Positions 1-30,167 of a stretch of 64,000 nt of DNA are shown piece by piece. Origin of the DNA: Amoebidium appalachense (taxonomy: Eukaryota; Protista; Ichthyosporea); the NCBI GenBank assembly GCA_963693365.1, contig CAVNZM010000006.1:7729264-7793263 (forward strand), read 5' to 3'. The position numbers were made by a program, and so were the translations under genes. Position 1 is the stretch's first letter, and each line of letters begins with the position of its first letter. The notes below the pieces were generated by a model that was given only the letters and a program-made list of their open reading frames with translations, had not been told where the DNA came from and ran no database searches.

Positions 1-378
1 GAGAGATCGATTGATTAAGGAAGGAGAGAGTGTGGGTGTGCACACCTGTGTTGGTGTGTGTGGGTGTGTGTGGGTGTGGGTGTGGGTGTGGGTGTGGGTG
101 TATGTGTGTGTGTGTGTGTATGTGTGTGTGTATGTGTATGTGGGTGTGGGTGTGTGTTTGTGGGTGGAAGCGGGGAAGGTGAAGGGGGGGGAGGGGGGAA
201 GGTGAAGGGGGGGGAGGGGGGGGGGCTGGCTGACTGGTGGTGGTGGTGGTGGTGGTGGTGGTGGTTGTGATGGTGGTGGTTTGAGGAGAGTGGGGGGGAG
301 GAGGGGTGGGGGGGGGGAGGAGAGTTAGCAGATTCTCTTTCTCTTCTTTCTGCCCAGGGAGGGGATGGTGTGTGTGTA

Positions 379-478
<100 letters not shown>

Positions 479-671
479 CTGAGGGGGAAAGGGAGGGGAG
501 AAGGGGGGGGAAGGGGAGGAAGGGGGGCTTTTCTTTCTTTTCTATTCCCGTTTTGTCTGGGAAGAAGGGGGTGGGGTGTGTGTGTGGGTCGGAGGGAGGG
601 AGGGGGGGGAGAGGGAAGAGCGAGAGAGCGCGGGAAGAGGAGATACACACGACTGATTATCCACCAACCAG

Positions 672-14848
<14,177 letters not shown>

Positions 14849-16537
14849 TTTTTAACCTTACAATAAAAATGTGCTTAACAGATTAGACAACTAGATATAT
14901 TAGGGCCAGTAAATGCAATTGGATTCCCCTGCCTTCTAATTTTGGCGAATAAATGGAAGCAGCCGCATAAGTCTTCCCTTTTTTTTTTCGTTTTTCTTTT
15001 CCTTTTTCCCCCTTTTTTCCCTTTTTTTTTTTTTTTTTTTTTTTTCCCCTCCTCCCCTTCTTCTCCCTCTTTTGTTGTTTGCCAGTAGTGACTCGAGCTC
15101 AGAAGTAAGTGGGTGAGCTAATTATGAAAACCCGCAATGTTGAAAGGGCACTTTTTCCTATATAGATGTGTGTGTGTAAATCCGCCGGCAGTACACCGGG
15201 CTGCAAGCATTTTACCTGCAAGCATTTTACAGAATACCAAAAAGTCAACGATATCCACAAATCAACTTTCAAAGCTTTGCTTGTTTCTTAGTTTTTGGTT
15301 GTTGTTGTGTTGTATGTGTGTGTGTGCGTGCGTGTGTGTGTGTGTGTCTACGTGCGAGCGTGCACTTGTTGTGGTTGTGTCTGTGTGTGTCACGGTGTGT
15401 GTGTGTGTGTGTGTGCGTTAATGAAGCTGCATGTTCAAAACCATTGCAAGGATGTATACACGCGTAAGACAATCACAAACCTCTCTAAGTTTGAATAGCT
15501 ATAAATGAATTCTAAGACCACTCAGTATTGAGCAGACCAATGGCACCCTCTAGCTTAACGTACAGTCGGTACTTCGTTGAAGACTGTACAAAGACGGTAG
15601 TTTCGAAATATTCATTATAAAAAACCAACGGGCTCCTTCGAGGACAACACGGGCAGGGAAAGGAGAAAAAAAAGAAAGAAAAAGAGAGAGAGAGAGAGGG
15701 CTTCTACCTTCACCCAAATTACTACTGGCTATGATCATGGTACCATGCCGACTATCGTCTAGCTACCGCAATAAAATGAACTATAAACAAATAAATAAAT
15801 AGCTCAGTGTTTGTACCCAATCTAGGCAGTGTCTGCTTGGCGCACAACCAAACCCACATCAACCGTTAGGGCGGCCCCCTTCTTTGACAGTATTGGCAGT
15901 CCGCTCTGTCCAACTCTCTCCAATCCCTTCAGCGCCTGCCCAAATTACTCAAACAGCGACGGTCGACGGCCGCGTATTCCCAATATCCGAGATGTCCACA
16001 CGACAATCTATACCCAGCTGGTTAGCTTGTAACGTGAAAAACCCCACGTACCCAGAATGGGTTAAGTTGCAGGCAGAGGGATCATCCACCAATTCCAAGC
16101 CTGCATCGACACTCAGTTTGGTCTTGGAGCCATCCCTGTGGATATTATCATAGGCGATATAGACACGCCACGTAGCGAGAAAGTGTCCAACAGAGAAGGG
16201 TTCAGAATAGAAATAATGGTATCCAGACAGATATTTGGGTGAGAAGGGAGGCAGGGTGATGGTGAGTTGCCGAGGTAGCGTGGCCTAAGCCAGTCCTTGA
16301 TGCATTCGGGATCCTCCATAGGGAGATGGGCCTCGTGTCGCCCCTTGTATGCCGACAGGAGTACTTGAGGCGAAACAAATTTGCTCCCCTCCACATACCT
16401 GCAGAAAAACTGGGTTAAGTGTGTACTATCAAATAGGATTGGTAAAGGTGTTTAAGCTACCAGGTCCAACTAAGATACAGGCGGCTTACATAGTGGAAGA
16501 CGGTAGTTCAAATGAGGAATTCGAACATAAGGGAGCA

Positions 16538-16580
<43 letters not shown>

Positions 16581-17462
16581 TGGAACAAAAAGGATTACTT
16601 TTTCAAAGAAACCAAAACTGGGGGACTAACAATAATAATGATAATAATAATAATAATAATAATAATATGATTCAAGAACACACCTGAACTCATCACGAGG
16701 CATCAGACAGAACCGCACCGAGTCTTCCAGTTGAACCTCCTTCCCCACCGTGGCTGGGTCGTACAATAATTCCGTGCCATTCCGATCACTCCAACGCACC
16801 AACAATTTGAACAACTCAAACTCGCTCATTTGTAGATAGTCCGAGCCCGCCAATTTCATCAGCACTTCTTTGGTGCAGTTTTTCAGAAAACATTTTCTTT
16901 CAAAAATTCCGGGCACCGGGTCCCCGCCAACACCTGTTTTTCGCAGTAGTCTCGAATATCTGCAATAGGACAGTAGATCGGGACAAATGGGGTGCCGTCT
17001 TCTGAATCAGAATCAGAGTCTTCGGTGACATCCCTGTTCGCTTTGTGGCGCTTTGCCCTTAGTTCGTGTATCGGCTCGCCCATGTGTACACTGCCGGTGA
17101 AAACGCGAAAGAAAAGAAGCGGATGGTTGGAGAACGTCGGTTGCAACTCGAGAAACCGGGTAGTGAGAACGCGGCAAAGGCTGTCCATTCCAGACTGCAT
17201 TCATCACCCGGGCAAGGTTGGTCAGAATATGTGCAAGGGGGGTCCCCAGGAGAAGGGTTTTTTTTTTTTTTTTTTTTTTTTTTTGGGGGGGGGGGGGGGG
17301 GGAGGGGGGGGACTGAAGGGATTGAATCAAAGTGCCGGGCCCCCAGGAGCTTCAGGTTAAGGGGGAGCATAATATATGTAGGCAAAGTACCCAACCACAC
17401 ACCGTCAGCAGTTCGACTCAAATTGAACGGAATGAATTCAACAAACACCTGCATACACAGAT

Positions 17463-20055
<2,593 letters not shown>

Positions 20056-21104
20056 ACACACACACCTTGTCTGCAGCATTGATTAGGTCGACACAATCCT
20101 CGGGGCCTGTAACACGTACAGGCAGGCCATAGACTGCGTCAATGACCAGGGAGAGAGTCTCTGCGTCCGTCTCACGGTGGATGTAAATCTCCTTCTCATC
20201 ACCCTCACGGAAGCTATCAGAAGCGAGTAGCTTATCCAATTAGTCCCCTGCTCCAGCCTAGAAAACCGAGTGTCAGTACTAGTCACAGTATAAATAATTT
20301 TTGGTGCATGCTGTCAGAAAACGCTTCACACTATACTACCTCTGGAGACGGCACTCCACTTATTAGCTAGAAGGGCGGCACCGTAAGCTAGCTATCCTCT
20401 ATCTATCGTGTCACGTACTAAACTAAGGCACATGGGTTTGGCACCCAGACTATTAATAAAGTCTTCACACCATTGAGTCGTCACTCAAACCCTTATTATC
20501 CCGCGCTGTCTCGTGTCTGCAGCAATACACAAGTACGACAGCTAGCGACTGCAACCTAACACTAACGTAGCTAAGGTGATCAAGCTTATCCACAAAGGTG
20601 CTGAATGCTGCAAGTGTGTGTGACGGCACACACACACTGACAATCACAAGTGTCGGGGGTGACCTACAAATGACGGCACACTCGTATTTAATGACTGTCG
20701 AGCCCAGAGCTACTGTCTGGACAGTAGCTGCTTATATACGAAGGCAAGTACACTTGTGCTCTCTTTTGTGGTCCTGGTGCTCTCGGGAACTTTACCAGAA
20801 TCTAAACAGATCCAGCCCAAGATCTAGGTGGTGCGTAGCTAGCCAATCGGAGCTAACAACGGTGCGAGCTGTACCATAATCGGAGCCCCGATAGCCGGAA
20901 ATCAATCTGGGGGTTTACGCTGTTTACTCGAGGCAAAGAGAACCAGTCTCAGGTATGGGGGGGGGGGTTTTGCTCGGAATATCCCCTCAGCGGTATATCA
21001 TGATCACGTACATAGATGTCGGGTGGTGACTATATATCAGGGTTTACTTTCTCTACGAGACACCATAAAGACTACAAGGAGAAATCAATTAGTTGGGGTT
21101 CCCC

Positions 21105-21105
<1 letters not shown>

Positions 21106-21149
<44 letters not shown>

Positions 21150-21181
21150 GGGCTCCCCTCGGGACACTCGGTATCAGCTGG

Positions 21182-21238
<57 letters not shown>

Positions 21239-24200
21239 TGTGTGTGTGTGCGCGTGCGCTATAATTTTGTAGTGATGTGTTTCTCAAGCCAATCAATACA
21301 TCTAATAAACAGGTCGTAGTTACGCGTGTTTAGTATAAAATCAAGGATGTTGTAATTTACAGGTAGGCTATCTTTCTGGGTGTCTGTTGTGAATGTGACG
21401 TGTGTGTGTTGCGGTATTATGTGGTCTATCAAACTACATTTGGCGATACATGACCGGTTAAACTGGTGTGTGTGTGTGTTGTTTGGGCATGCAAATGATG
21501 CCACCTTATACTTATTAGATCTCCACTGTATAGCACGTGTACAGTAAAAGCGTGGTAATTGATCAATAATACCATCAGCTAGAGAAAGACCAGTTCTACA
21601 GGAAGGTAATATGTATTTAGGTGTTATACACTTGCGAGTGCCATATTTGGCAATATGGTTGAGGCGGTCAGTATATATAAAACGAGACATAAGGCTTAGT
21701 TTTTCAAGGTGTATGCTTTCATCGGGTCTAGTGTCGTGTGGTATCTTTTTCCATTTGTTATATTGCGTGATTATCTTGTGATTGTGTACATGTTTAATAA
21801 GTAAGTGGCAGTCCAAAGTCACACACACACTATTGCGGGGTTTATTTGTATTTGTGCCCAGGGGAGAAGGGGAGAGAGAGGGGAGGAAAGAGGGGAGAGG
21901 TGAGGAGGGGACAGGTCGGATAGAGAAGAGAGGGTGGGAGGGCAAATACTTCTTTAAGCGGCTTATGTGCTTATTGAATTTCAGCGCGAGATAGGATACT
22001 CTAGCAGCTATTGGGACCAGACCATATATCGAGAGCGTTACAGGCCCAGGTTTACAACAGTTGTTAGATAGAAAGGAGGCAACTTCTGCTTCAAGGAAAT
22101 TTGCCAAGGGTTTAAGCGCTCTAGTTCTCTCTTTCTTGATCCAAGCGGCGAGAAGGGGTAAACCATATTCACATGCCGGGAAGACAAAAGTGCGAATAAA
22201 TGTAAGTCTAATAGAAGGATGGAGGGGTGTGTCTTTAAAAATATTAGCCGAGAAGAAAGCTAACCGCTTACGAGCCAACTCTACCCTCTTTTCGACCATA
22301 TGGGGAAACATAACACCAACAGAATCAACCGGAACACCAAGATATTTGTATTCTGGAACTATAGGTACAGGTTTAGATGATAATGTAAATGTGTGTAAAT
22401 TGTTAGCTATATCAGGTACAAGAACACCACATTTGTCTATGTTAAGGATCATAAGGTTTGCCTTGCACCACTCTGACACTACATCGAACAATCTTTGCAG
22501 GCGTCTAGGGGTACGGGCAAGGAGGGACAGATCATCAGCATAGAGAAGTGCAGGCGGAAAGTTATTAATAGGGTCATCGTTTTCGGCGTAAATCTTGACA
22601 GCCAAATCATCTATAAATAGGTTAAACAAAAAGGGGCTAAGCAATGAACCCTGCAAGAGACCTCTAGTACGAGCAAAACCATATGAAAGATGCCCATTAA
22701 CCACAGCTCTACCATAGGTTTGAGACAAGAGTGCTTCTAACAGAACACCAATGCAGTGTGGTACACCCCGTGCAGCAAGCTTTTCCCATAGGAGACCAGG
22801 GGAGACAGAATCGTAAGCAGTTTTCCAATCAATAAAGCCAACATATTGTGCACCAACTTGCATAGAATCGTGCAGTGCCATTATTTGAACATAACATGAA
22901 TTGTTTTTACGAAAAGCGGATTGGCATGGGTGTATGTGAAGAATAGATTGAAACCTAGGGTGATGTGCAAATAACCTAAGTAAGCAAGCTTCAAAGAATC
23001 TACGAACAACCTGGGTTAGTGTAATGGGGCGAAAGGATGATATGGGGCCCTCAGAGTCCTTCTTAACTATGGGGATCACTAAGGTATCTAACCAAGATGA
23101 CGGGACATGTCCACATTTAACACACCAAGAAAAGAGAGAGCTTAACATGATAGTAAGATCAGGTTTAATAGCACGATCACTTTCCTTTTGTGGGTAGGAG
23201 GGAACAAGGATTTTAAGAAACCCAGCAGGGAGTCCATCAGGTCCACAAGACTTACTAGAGCTATAACTAGATATCACAGACCATATGGCATCGGGACTGA
23301 AAAAGGGGAGGATCGATTCTATGGGGATAGATGGGTCTACAGGCCACACAATAGGTTTCTGAGCGGGGGTCCTATCTTTAAACAGTTCCGAGAAATACTT
23401 ATCAGAGTCTATGAGGGGGTCTCCAGTGGTATCACCAATAATACGAGCAGGGGGGCCAAATCGATTCATACTAGCAAGCCGGCGCAAGCTTTCCTTTTGA
23501 GACAGGGGTTCACCTAGTCTAGCGGGAGTGGTGTTTGGTAACAAGAGAGCATCGGGATATTCCTTCCTACCACCGCCAGCATAATCACCGAGATCTATCA
23601 AATCATCAACAATAAAGTTAGTGCATGTATCTAGTACGAGATGTGAATCTGGCCTGGCTTGTGCAGATTCTAATAGGCGCATATATATAGGGTGTTTCGT
23701 AGCATAGCATACACATACATCAACTCTACCCCACTGTGACTTAAGCTGGGATAGACGGAGGCGAAAGGTGGGAGGGGGAGGGGGGAGCAGATCAAGGGAG
23801 ATCTTAGGTAGGAAAAGGATAGGAGAGTGGTCAGATGACCTAGAGAGGTTAGGAGGGAGAGAGAGTTTTGACATGGTTGATGGCCAAAAGGCCACTCCCC
23901 AGTCGGTGTTGTGGGCATGGGATATTTGAGGGAACCGCAAAGTGTGACTTTGGACATACCTTGCTAAAGGGATAGCACGCTCCGGGGGCTTAGATGGGTA
24001 CCCGACACTCACTTGCAGTGTGTCTGTGTGGTGGAGTCGCGTGTTAAAATCACCTAAAATAACAGTGGACATTGGTAACTGTGACAACTCGTGAGTCAAT
24101 TCGACAACCGACATAGATGGTGGGTAATATACAAAAGTAAAAACATTAGAAAGAAACTCTATAGAAACTGAGAATTCCGTTTTTGCTACCGGTTTGCACT

Positions 24201-24540
24201 TCACTCTCACGTGTGGTGCGGCAAGTACAATAATGCCTCGGTTTTTCGCGTAACCGGGGTGTGTGGATGTGTCGACCAATGTAGAGTTGAATTTGTGGTG
24301 GTTTTTAAACTGTGTTTCGCAAATCACTGTAAACGTGTGGTTGTTTGTCTGTTGTTGTATGTAGCTGATTTTATCGTCGAGTGTCCCGGGGGGGAGGCCC
24401 TTTTGGGGGCCCAGTGTCCGAGCATTCCAGAAGAAGAAGGATAAATTAGGCATCGGTTTGGTCCGACACCTGTGGACCAAACCGATGCCTAATTTAAAAT
24501 CAATCTGATCGGATAGCCAAGTAACTAAGAAACACACGTA
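21106..24540 (-). mobile_element. Non-LTR retrotransposon (LINE) with APE endonuclease + reverse transcriptase and poly-A tail
   Basis: Uninterrupted ORF 21259-24537; 3' UTR with (CA)n, then about 40 A (T run 21106-21145 on +). No TSD found and 5' boundary uncertain. Confidence 0.9.
21259..24453 (-). CDS. LINE ORF2-like polyprotein (APE endonuclease-reverse transcriptase)
   Basis: ATG at 24453 (MPNLSFFFWNARTL); APE motifs WN, ICET, GDFN, SDH; RT motifs KSCGPDG, FRPITL, QSAFR, FIDWKTAYDSV, GLLQGSLLSPFLFNLFID, YADD, YKYLG. Confidence 0.92.
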   Translation of the reverse strand: MPNLSFFFWNARTLGPQKGLPPGTLDDKISYIQQQTNNHTFTVICETQFKNHHKFNSTLVDTSTHPGYAKNRGIIVLAAPHVRVKCKPVAKTEFSVSIEFLSNVFTFVYYPPSMSVVELTHELSQLPMSTVILGDFNTRLHHTDTLQVSVGYPSKPPERAIPLARYVQSHTLRFPQISHAHNTDWGVAFWPSTMSKLSLPPNLSRSSDHSPILFLPKISLDLLPPPPPTFRLRLSQLKSQWGRVDVCVCYATKHPIYMRLLESAQARPDSHLVLDTCTNFIVDDLIDLGDYAGGGRKEYPDALLLPNTTPARLGEPLSQKESLRRLASMNRFGPPARIIGDTTGDPLIDSDKYFSELFKDRTPAQKPIVWPVDPSIPIESILPFFSPDAIWSVISSYSSSKSCGPDGLPAGFLKILVPSYPQKESDRAIKPDLTIMLSSLFSWCVKCGHVPSSWLDTLVIPIVKKDSEGPISSFRPITLTQVVRRFFEACLLRLFAHHPRFQSILHIHPCQSAFRKNNSCYVQIMALHDSMQVGAQYVGFIDWKTAYDSVSPGLLWEKLAARGVPHCIGVLLEALLSQTYGRAVVNGHLSYGFARTRGLLQGSLLSPFLFNLFIDDLAVKIYAENDDPINNFPPALLYADDLSLLARTPRRLQRLFDVVSEWCKANLMILNIDKCGVLVPDIANNLHTFTLSSKPVPIVPEYKYLGVPVDSVGVMFPHMVEKRVELARKRLAFFSANIFKDTPLHPSIRLTFIRTFVFPACEYGLPLLAAWIKKERTRALKPLANFLEAEVASFLSNNCCKPGPVTLSIYGLVPIAARVSYLALKFNKHISRLKKYLPSHPLFSIRPVPSSPLPSFLPSLSPSPLGTNTNKPRNSVCVTLDCHLLIKHVHNHKIITQYNKWKKIPHDTRPDESIHLEKLSLMSRFIYTDRLNHIAKYGTRKCITPKYILPSCRTGLSLADGIIDQLPRFYCTRAIQWRSNKYKVASFACPNNTHTHQFNRSCIAKCSLIDHIIPQHTHVTFTTDTQKDSLPVNYNILDFILNTRNYDLFIRCIDWLEKHITTKL

Positions 24541-26625
24541 TTTACACAGATCTCTCTAACAAAGACCAAAAACACCTAAAATAGAACTAAGGAGTGAGTG
24601 AGATATCATTACACACATTATTTATTCTGAAACATGCAAGTACTTAAAAACAAATTTCCAACTGCATTACCGGAAGACGTTGTGTTATAAAGATCATAGA
24701 AAAACAGGTCGAAGCCACGTGCACGTACGGCCCCAGCCATTTAGGAGTTAAACACATGTTATAAAAAAACATATTAACATATTAGATCTACCTGACTATT
24801 CAGATTTCTTCCTTCTCCACAGTCTGCTTGCGACGGCATGTTTGTGGGTGTGATGTTTTGCGTGTGTGTGTGCGCACGCGTGTGCATGTGCGTGACATTG
24901 CAGCTCAGCAGCCTGACCGTATATACACGTGTCCATGCGTGTGTGAGATGGGGGCACAACCATTATGACGCGGTGAACTCTGAAGGCCTTTTGTGTTCCG
25001 TCTCTAGCCGTTGCCTTCAGCGTGAGGTCACACAGCCGACCCTCCTGGTAGTAACGCCCATAGCGCTCACGGGCCTTGCGCAACATGTCTGTTCCCGGCG
25101 AAGTAAAGAAGTTGGGAAGAGGGGCTGCCATTTTTCTAGATCTCGAGCGCTCGGCCTCACGGTTTGCTTTGTTTGTTGGGCGATGTAATCAGCAACAGTA
25201 TTATTCGTGTAAGCTTAATGGGCGTGTGTGCTGTATGTTTTGTGTGTGCGTGTGTGTGTGTGTGTGTGTGTGAAAAAAGAAGAGTATACAGTCAAACGGC
25301 AAAACTTGTGTTGAAAAACTGGTGGTGGTGGTGGTGACGTGGTGGTCACGAGATCTTCGATAATCATAAGGTGATCATCAGCGTTATTATAAAAGACCAT
25401 GTCGGAAGCTTTTTGGCACATAAATTATGTACAAGAACGCCTGCAAATAGATGTGTTAGGCAAAGTGTACAACTGTGAAAGCACAAACACAAGCTGTGGC
25501 TTTAAATATGGTTTGCCTGTGAGTGTGCTTATTCCGGAATACTGCACGTACATATGTACATACATTGTGTGTGTAGAGCAGGGTCTGATTGGGGCGGAAG
25601 TTGATCCAAATAGCACTCGAAGTTGATTGGCAGGCGTTCGCGCCAAAACCAGGGGTTGCCAAGAGTATGGCGGCATAACCAACAAAACCCAAAATGCAGT
25701 CGTAAAATCCGAAAGTCTTAACTAATATTTCTCTTGACTGGGATTTATTGATCAGTGGTCCAGTGGATTTGAAGGCAACGTGCGACCACAGGCTACATGA
25801 CCACCAAAATAACCGACTTCGAAAGAGCCACAGCGATGAAATAAAAATTAAAACAACAAGTGACCAAAGGACACCAGCGGGCAAAGGTACAAGTGCACGT
25901 GTATGCGTGAAACTAGTTTGCTCCAACTAGTCATATGCAGCGATGATGACCAGGCCACACTCCGCAAGAAGACATCATTACTGCTGCCCCCCAACAGGCC
26001 CCCCTCAAAACCTACCGGGGCACAGCAAGCAAGTCAGCCTTTTAAAGAGCAATGCAGACCAAATCTGAGCGAGAAAACAATCTCCATGGGCCCGTCCCCT
26101 AGAAAACCCGCAGAAGCTGTCTCTAACTCTTTGATAAGGTGGCCTAATTGTGGCAGGACACACAGGAAAACACAACTACAGAATGCATGCAAGCAAACCC
26201 AGTCATTGCCATACTGCTGAAGGCTGAAAACACGGCAGCCACAAGGAAAGCTCCTCGACGACCCAGTAGCTACCCCTCCACTCACGCAGCGCAGAAGCAG
26301 TTGAAGAAGTTGCAGCAGCCCATCGCCATTAGCTCGCGTAGAAGCGTAGATAGCGTGTAGAAGTCACCGTAAGTTGCAGTGGGCCACCAGATGTCGAAGA
26401 AACCACTCCTCAAGCGAGAAACTCTGCGGAAGGGAGATGTCCCCACACTCTCACAACAGTAGGAATAGACAAGGCCGCACTACACACACACAGTGTCACG
26501 TTCCCCTGAGTGGGACCCCTTCCCACCACAAAAAGCGCGTTACCACTATGTTCATTGTGGTGTCAAAATATCTGTTTAGAAAAGGCGGAGCTTTCTCAGG
26601 TCCTATAATTCGTGTAGAGTCCCAG

Positions 26626-26675
<50 letters not shown>

Positions 26676-28569
26676 TATATATATATATATATATATCATT
26701 ACATTTGCAGATCTAGGTTCAAAAAGTTTCTTCATAGAAAATTCCGGTTCATGCCCAATCCCTCTCGCAGCTGAAAACTACTCTGTGTAGCCGCAAAGAG
26801 AAAGTAGTTAACACAAATTCCTGTTGCCCAAATCAGAGGAGCTGATTTGGATCCTTTTAATCAAGCTGCAGCCCGGACTGCTGTCTAGCTTAAGTGCCAG
26901 TGGAAAGGCCTTGCAGGCCTTTTTATAACGGCATAGACGCAGCTTCCCTGCAGCCGTAATGACGTCGACGGCAACTTGTTGATTGGCTTCGGGCCCAGCC
27001 CATGCCAATCCCCGCTTGCTCTCCTCTGCACCAGTGCAGGGGAACATATGCACATTCACAATGTACAAACATCTCTCTACACACAACGGCACTCAATATA
27101 TATTACTAATACTACTACAACCAGTAAGGTTTAGTCTTTGGACCATTGTGTTTCCGAGTACATGTGCTACCCACTCTCCACTTATGCACATTAATAAACA
27201 CATCTGTCTGCCATCTTTTAACCCTCCTCTAGGCTCCCTATCCGTTGGTTAACGTTAAGACGGGCCTGCAACTCACGTTTCTAAGGCCATGATTGGATAC
27301 GAACCTCGTGAAGATTTTTTAATTAGCAAACACTTGTGTTTATACTCTGCATGGAACGGTGCACTAAATAGTTAAACCGGAACTAACCAGTACCTGGTTA
27401 TGAGTTCTCGATTGTGGCCCACCCTCACGGGGCCACTGTTAGGATCATGATATCGATATGGTGCCCCACAGGCCCGTGTGCATATCTTCCGATCATCACT
27501 GATCACCAACGTAGACTGGTGTGCACAGCATTCCTTGCTAAGGGAGGGAGTGTACACGATTGTGCCATACACAACCATGTCTACACAGCTTGTGGCGTGG
27601 ACGCTATGCACGCAGGAGAGTCCTTATTGTAGGAATGACTCGCGCTGAAGCACTTCATTCAAGCCTCCAAGCCCAAGTTATTACTGCACTACATTATATT
27701 TCCATTTCTTTTTTAAAATTAATTGGTGTACGTTTGGTTCGGCACTGGTAACCGTGTTTCATAATAGTTATAGGCTTGCAGCCTGCGCAGGCGGGCTGGG
27801 GCTTGGTGATCTGGTGGCGGCGGCGGTTGTTGTGTCTTTTTCCTTTTCTTTTCTAGATCTTTTTTGGTTCTTTCCTTTTTATTTTAGTTTATTTTTTATT
27901 TATTTCTTCGGGCGGGGGAGGGGGGGGGGGGGGGGGGGAGGGGGGAAAGATCATAGTTTTTTTCAAAGGTTTGCACCCGACCATAATGATAAAGCCAGAG
28001 CCAAGAATTTGTAGCACTAGGATGAGGATTCAGGATCATATTCACAGCTCGTTGAACAGAACCGCATATGCATGAGCGCGGATAAAAGTGATGATAGTAG
28101 CAAGAGTAGTGGCATGCGGGTTTGTGCTACTGGCAGCATGGTGGCCAGCATGGTTGCGCTCCCTATTTCTTTGTGGTGCACTTGATGGTGGCGGTGGTGG
28201 TGACGGAGGGAGGAAGGTGGAGTGGGTTGCCACGGGGGGGGGAGGAGGCGGGGAGGGAGGCGGGGAGGGGAGGCCGGGGGGGGGGGAAGGGGGGGAGGGG
28301 GGGAGGGGACAGGAAAAATCAGCCTGCAGAAAAAGGGGGGGGGGGGGGGAGGAGGGGGGGGGGGGGGGGGGGGGGTCATCCGAACACTATGCACATGTTT
28401 ACGTGAGCGGGCGAAGTTTAAGTTATAGCTATGGTAGCCATACAGGGTGCCTAGGCAAAGTTGATACTCGATGAATGCCAGCTGAAACTCAACCCTTCCT
28501 CTGCCTCCCCCCACCCCCCCCCCCCCCTGTTCCCTTCCCCCCTCCCTCCCTCCCTCCCCCCCCTCCCCC

Positions 28570-28616
<47 letters not shown>

Positions 28617-28673
28617 GTGACACACACACATCGTGAGACACACACACGCCACACACGTGCACACGCACACACG

Positions 28674-28704
<31 letters not shown>

Positions 28705-28813
28705 CCACCCACACACACACACCGTTTACACACACACACATATGCACATACACACACACACATGGCATGCGCGCGCACGTGTGCACGCACACACACACAC
28801 ACAGACACACACA

Positions 28814-28868
<55 letters not shown>

Positions 28869-28933
28869 GGCACCGCCACCACTAGCAGGAACTAATTTAG
28901 CAACTACCACCACCCGGTACCACTCACCCCGAG

Positions 28934-29140
28934 TTTTTTTTTTTCAGTTTATTTTACCCCGCCTCCCGGCAGGGCCCCTTAGGGGTTCCTCGTAGGAACT
29001 CAGGCTACCTTCCATTAAGCACCGACTGTACATACCCGGGCTATCTAGGCCGCCGAATGGTGCCACATCGGCTAAGCTAACACACCTTTACCGATCAGTA
29101 GCTCCTATTAGTAGTTACCAGTATTATATCATATACAAAC
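28934..29140 (-). mobile_element. Short poly-A-tailed retroposon fragment related to the 3' UTR of the RNase H LINE
   Basis: T run at 28934-28944; shares ordered blocks GCACCGAC(A/T)GTACA, GCTATCTA and GCTAAGCTAA with 31029-31079. Right boundary is approximate. Confidence 0.45.
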
Positions 29141-30121
29141 ATAGCCGAAGAAAGTTTACCCCAGCCCAGTGGTGCAAAAGAAAATCTGCATAGGGTTGCT
29201 GGATGTTGCGCGAGACAAAGAATATGGACGTTTGCTCTATCATTGCCTACGGCAAGCCTGAGGAGCCTGCATGCAAAAAGTACCTCCGCAGCATTGATTT
29301 TTTTTTTTTTTTTTTTTTTTTTCCCCAGAAAAAAGAGCTACCTCAACAACAACGTACCTGAAGTTTGGCTTGGGAGAAAAGATACGAAAGGAGACACCGC
29401 GGAGACGCCTACGTGCTCTGTGCAGGACCTGGTAAGGTAGAATTTACATGGGTGATGATACGTAGTATTTGTGCTCCTGGGTCGAATTTATTTCTTGCCT
29501 ATTGAATAGGTTAGAGCCCAGAAATGAGTTGAGTTATGTTCTGGGACTTCATGGTACGTAAGCTGGAAAACTAGCAGGTGCAAAATCTCAGAAATACTTG
29601 CACAGACGTGTAACGTGGGTTACACAAACCAGGAGCCTCCGTGAGTGAGCACACCTAGCAGGGCACATCCTCCAAGTTGCACAAAATTCACACACCATGG
29701 TTTTTTCTAACTTTGACCTGTGTAATCAGCACTGAAATCTTGTCACGGTGTCTTACGTGAAAGGCATGCTGGTTTTATTGATGCGCATTGGTGTGAAGCT
29801 GTTTAGATTGACGGCATGGAAGAAAGCAATTTTTTTTAAAAAAAAAACACTAATTCGTTGCCAAATTGCACATCGTCAACTCATGCGAACTTGAACGTTG
29901 AACTTGTGGCTTCTGCTAATCATTTGCTATGTGATTAGAAGAGAGTACCAATCTCGTGCCCAAATCGACCATTCCCAACATTTTGCACTTGAACATTCCG
30001 AACACAGCCGAAAAATTATCAAGAAAATTCTTTAAATTTAAATATACACCCACCGACCACCACATGATATCATATCAAAATCTCCAGCTGTTCCATAGCT
30101 GGCTATAAAATTGAACTAAGC

Positions 30122-30167
<46 letters not shown>

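Noticed and set aside
20240-20242. In-frame TAA as evidence of a non-standard genetic code or readthrough
   Set aside because: TRM5 ends in TAA, no in-frame stops occur in the TRM5 or PLD exons, and the same gene has further frameshifts, so pseudogenisation is simpler.
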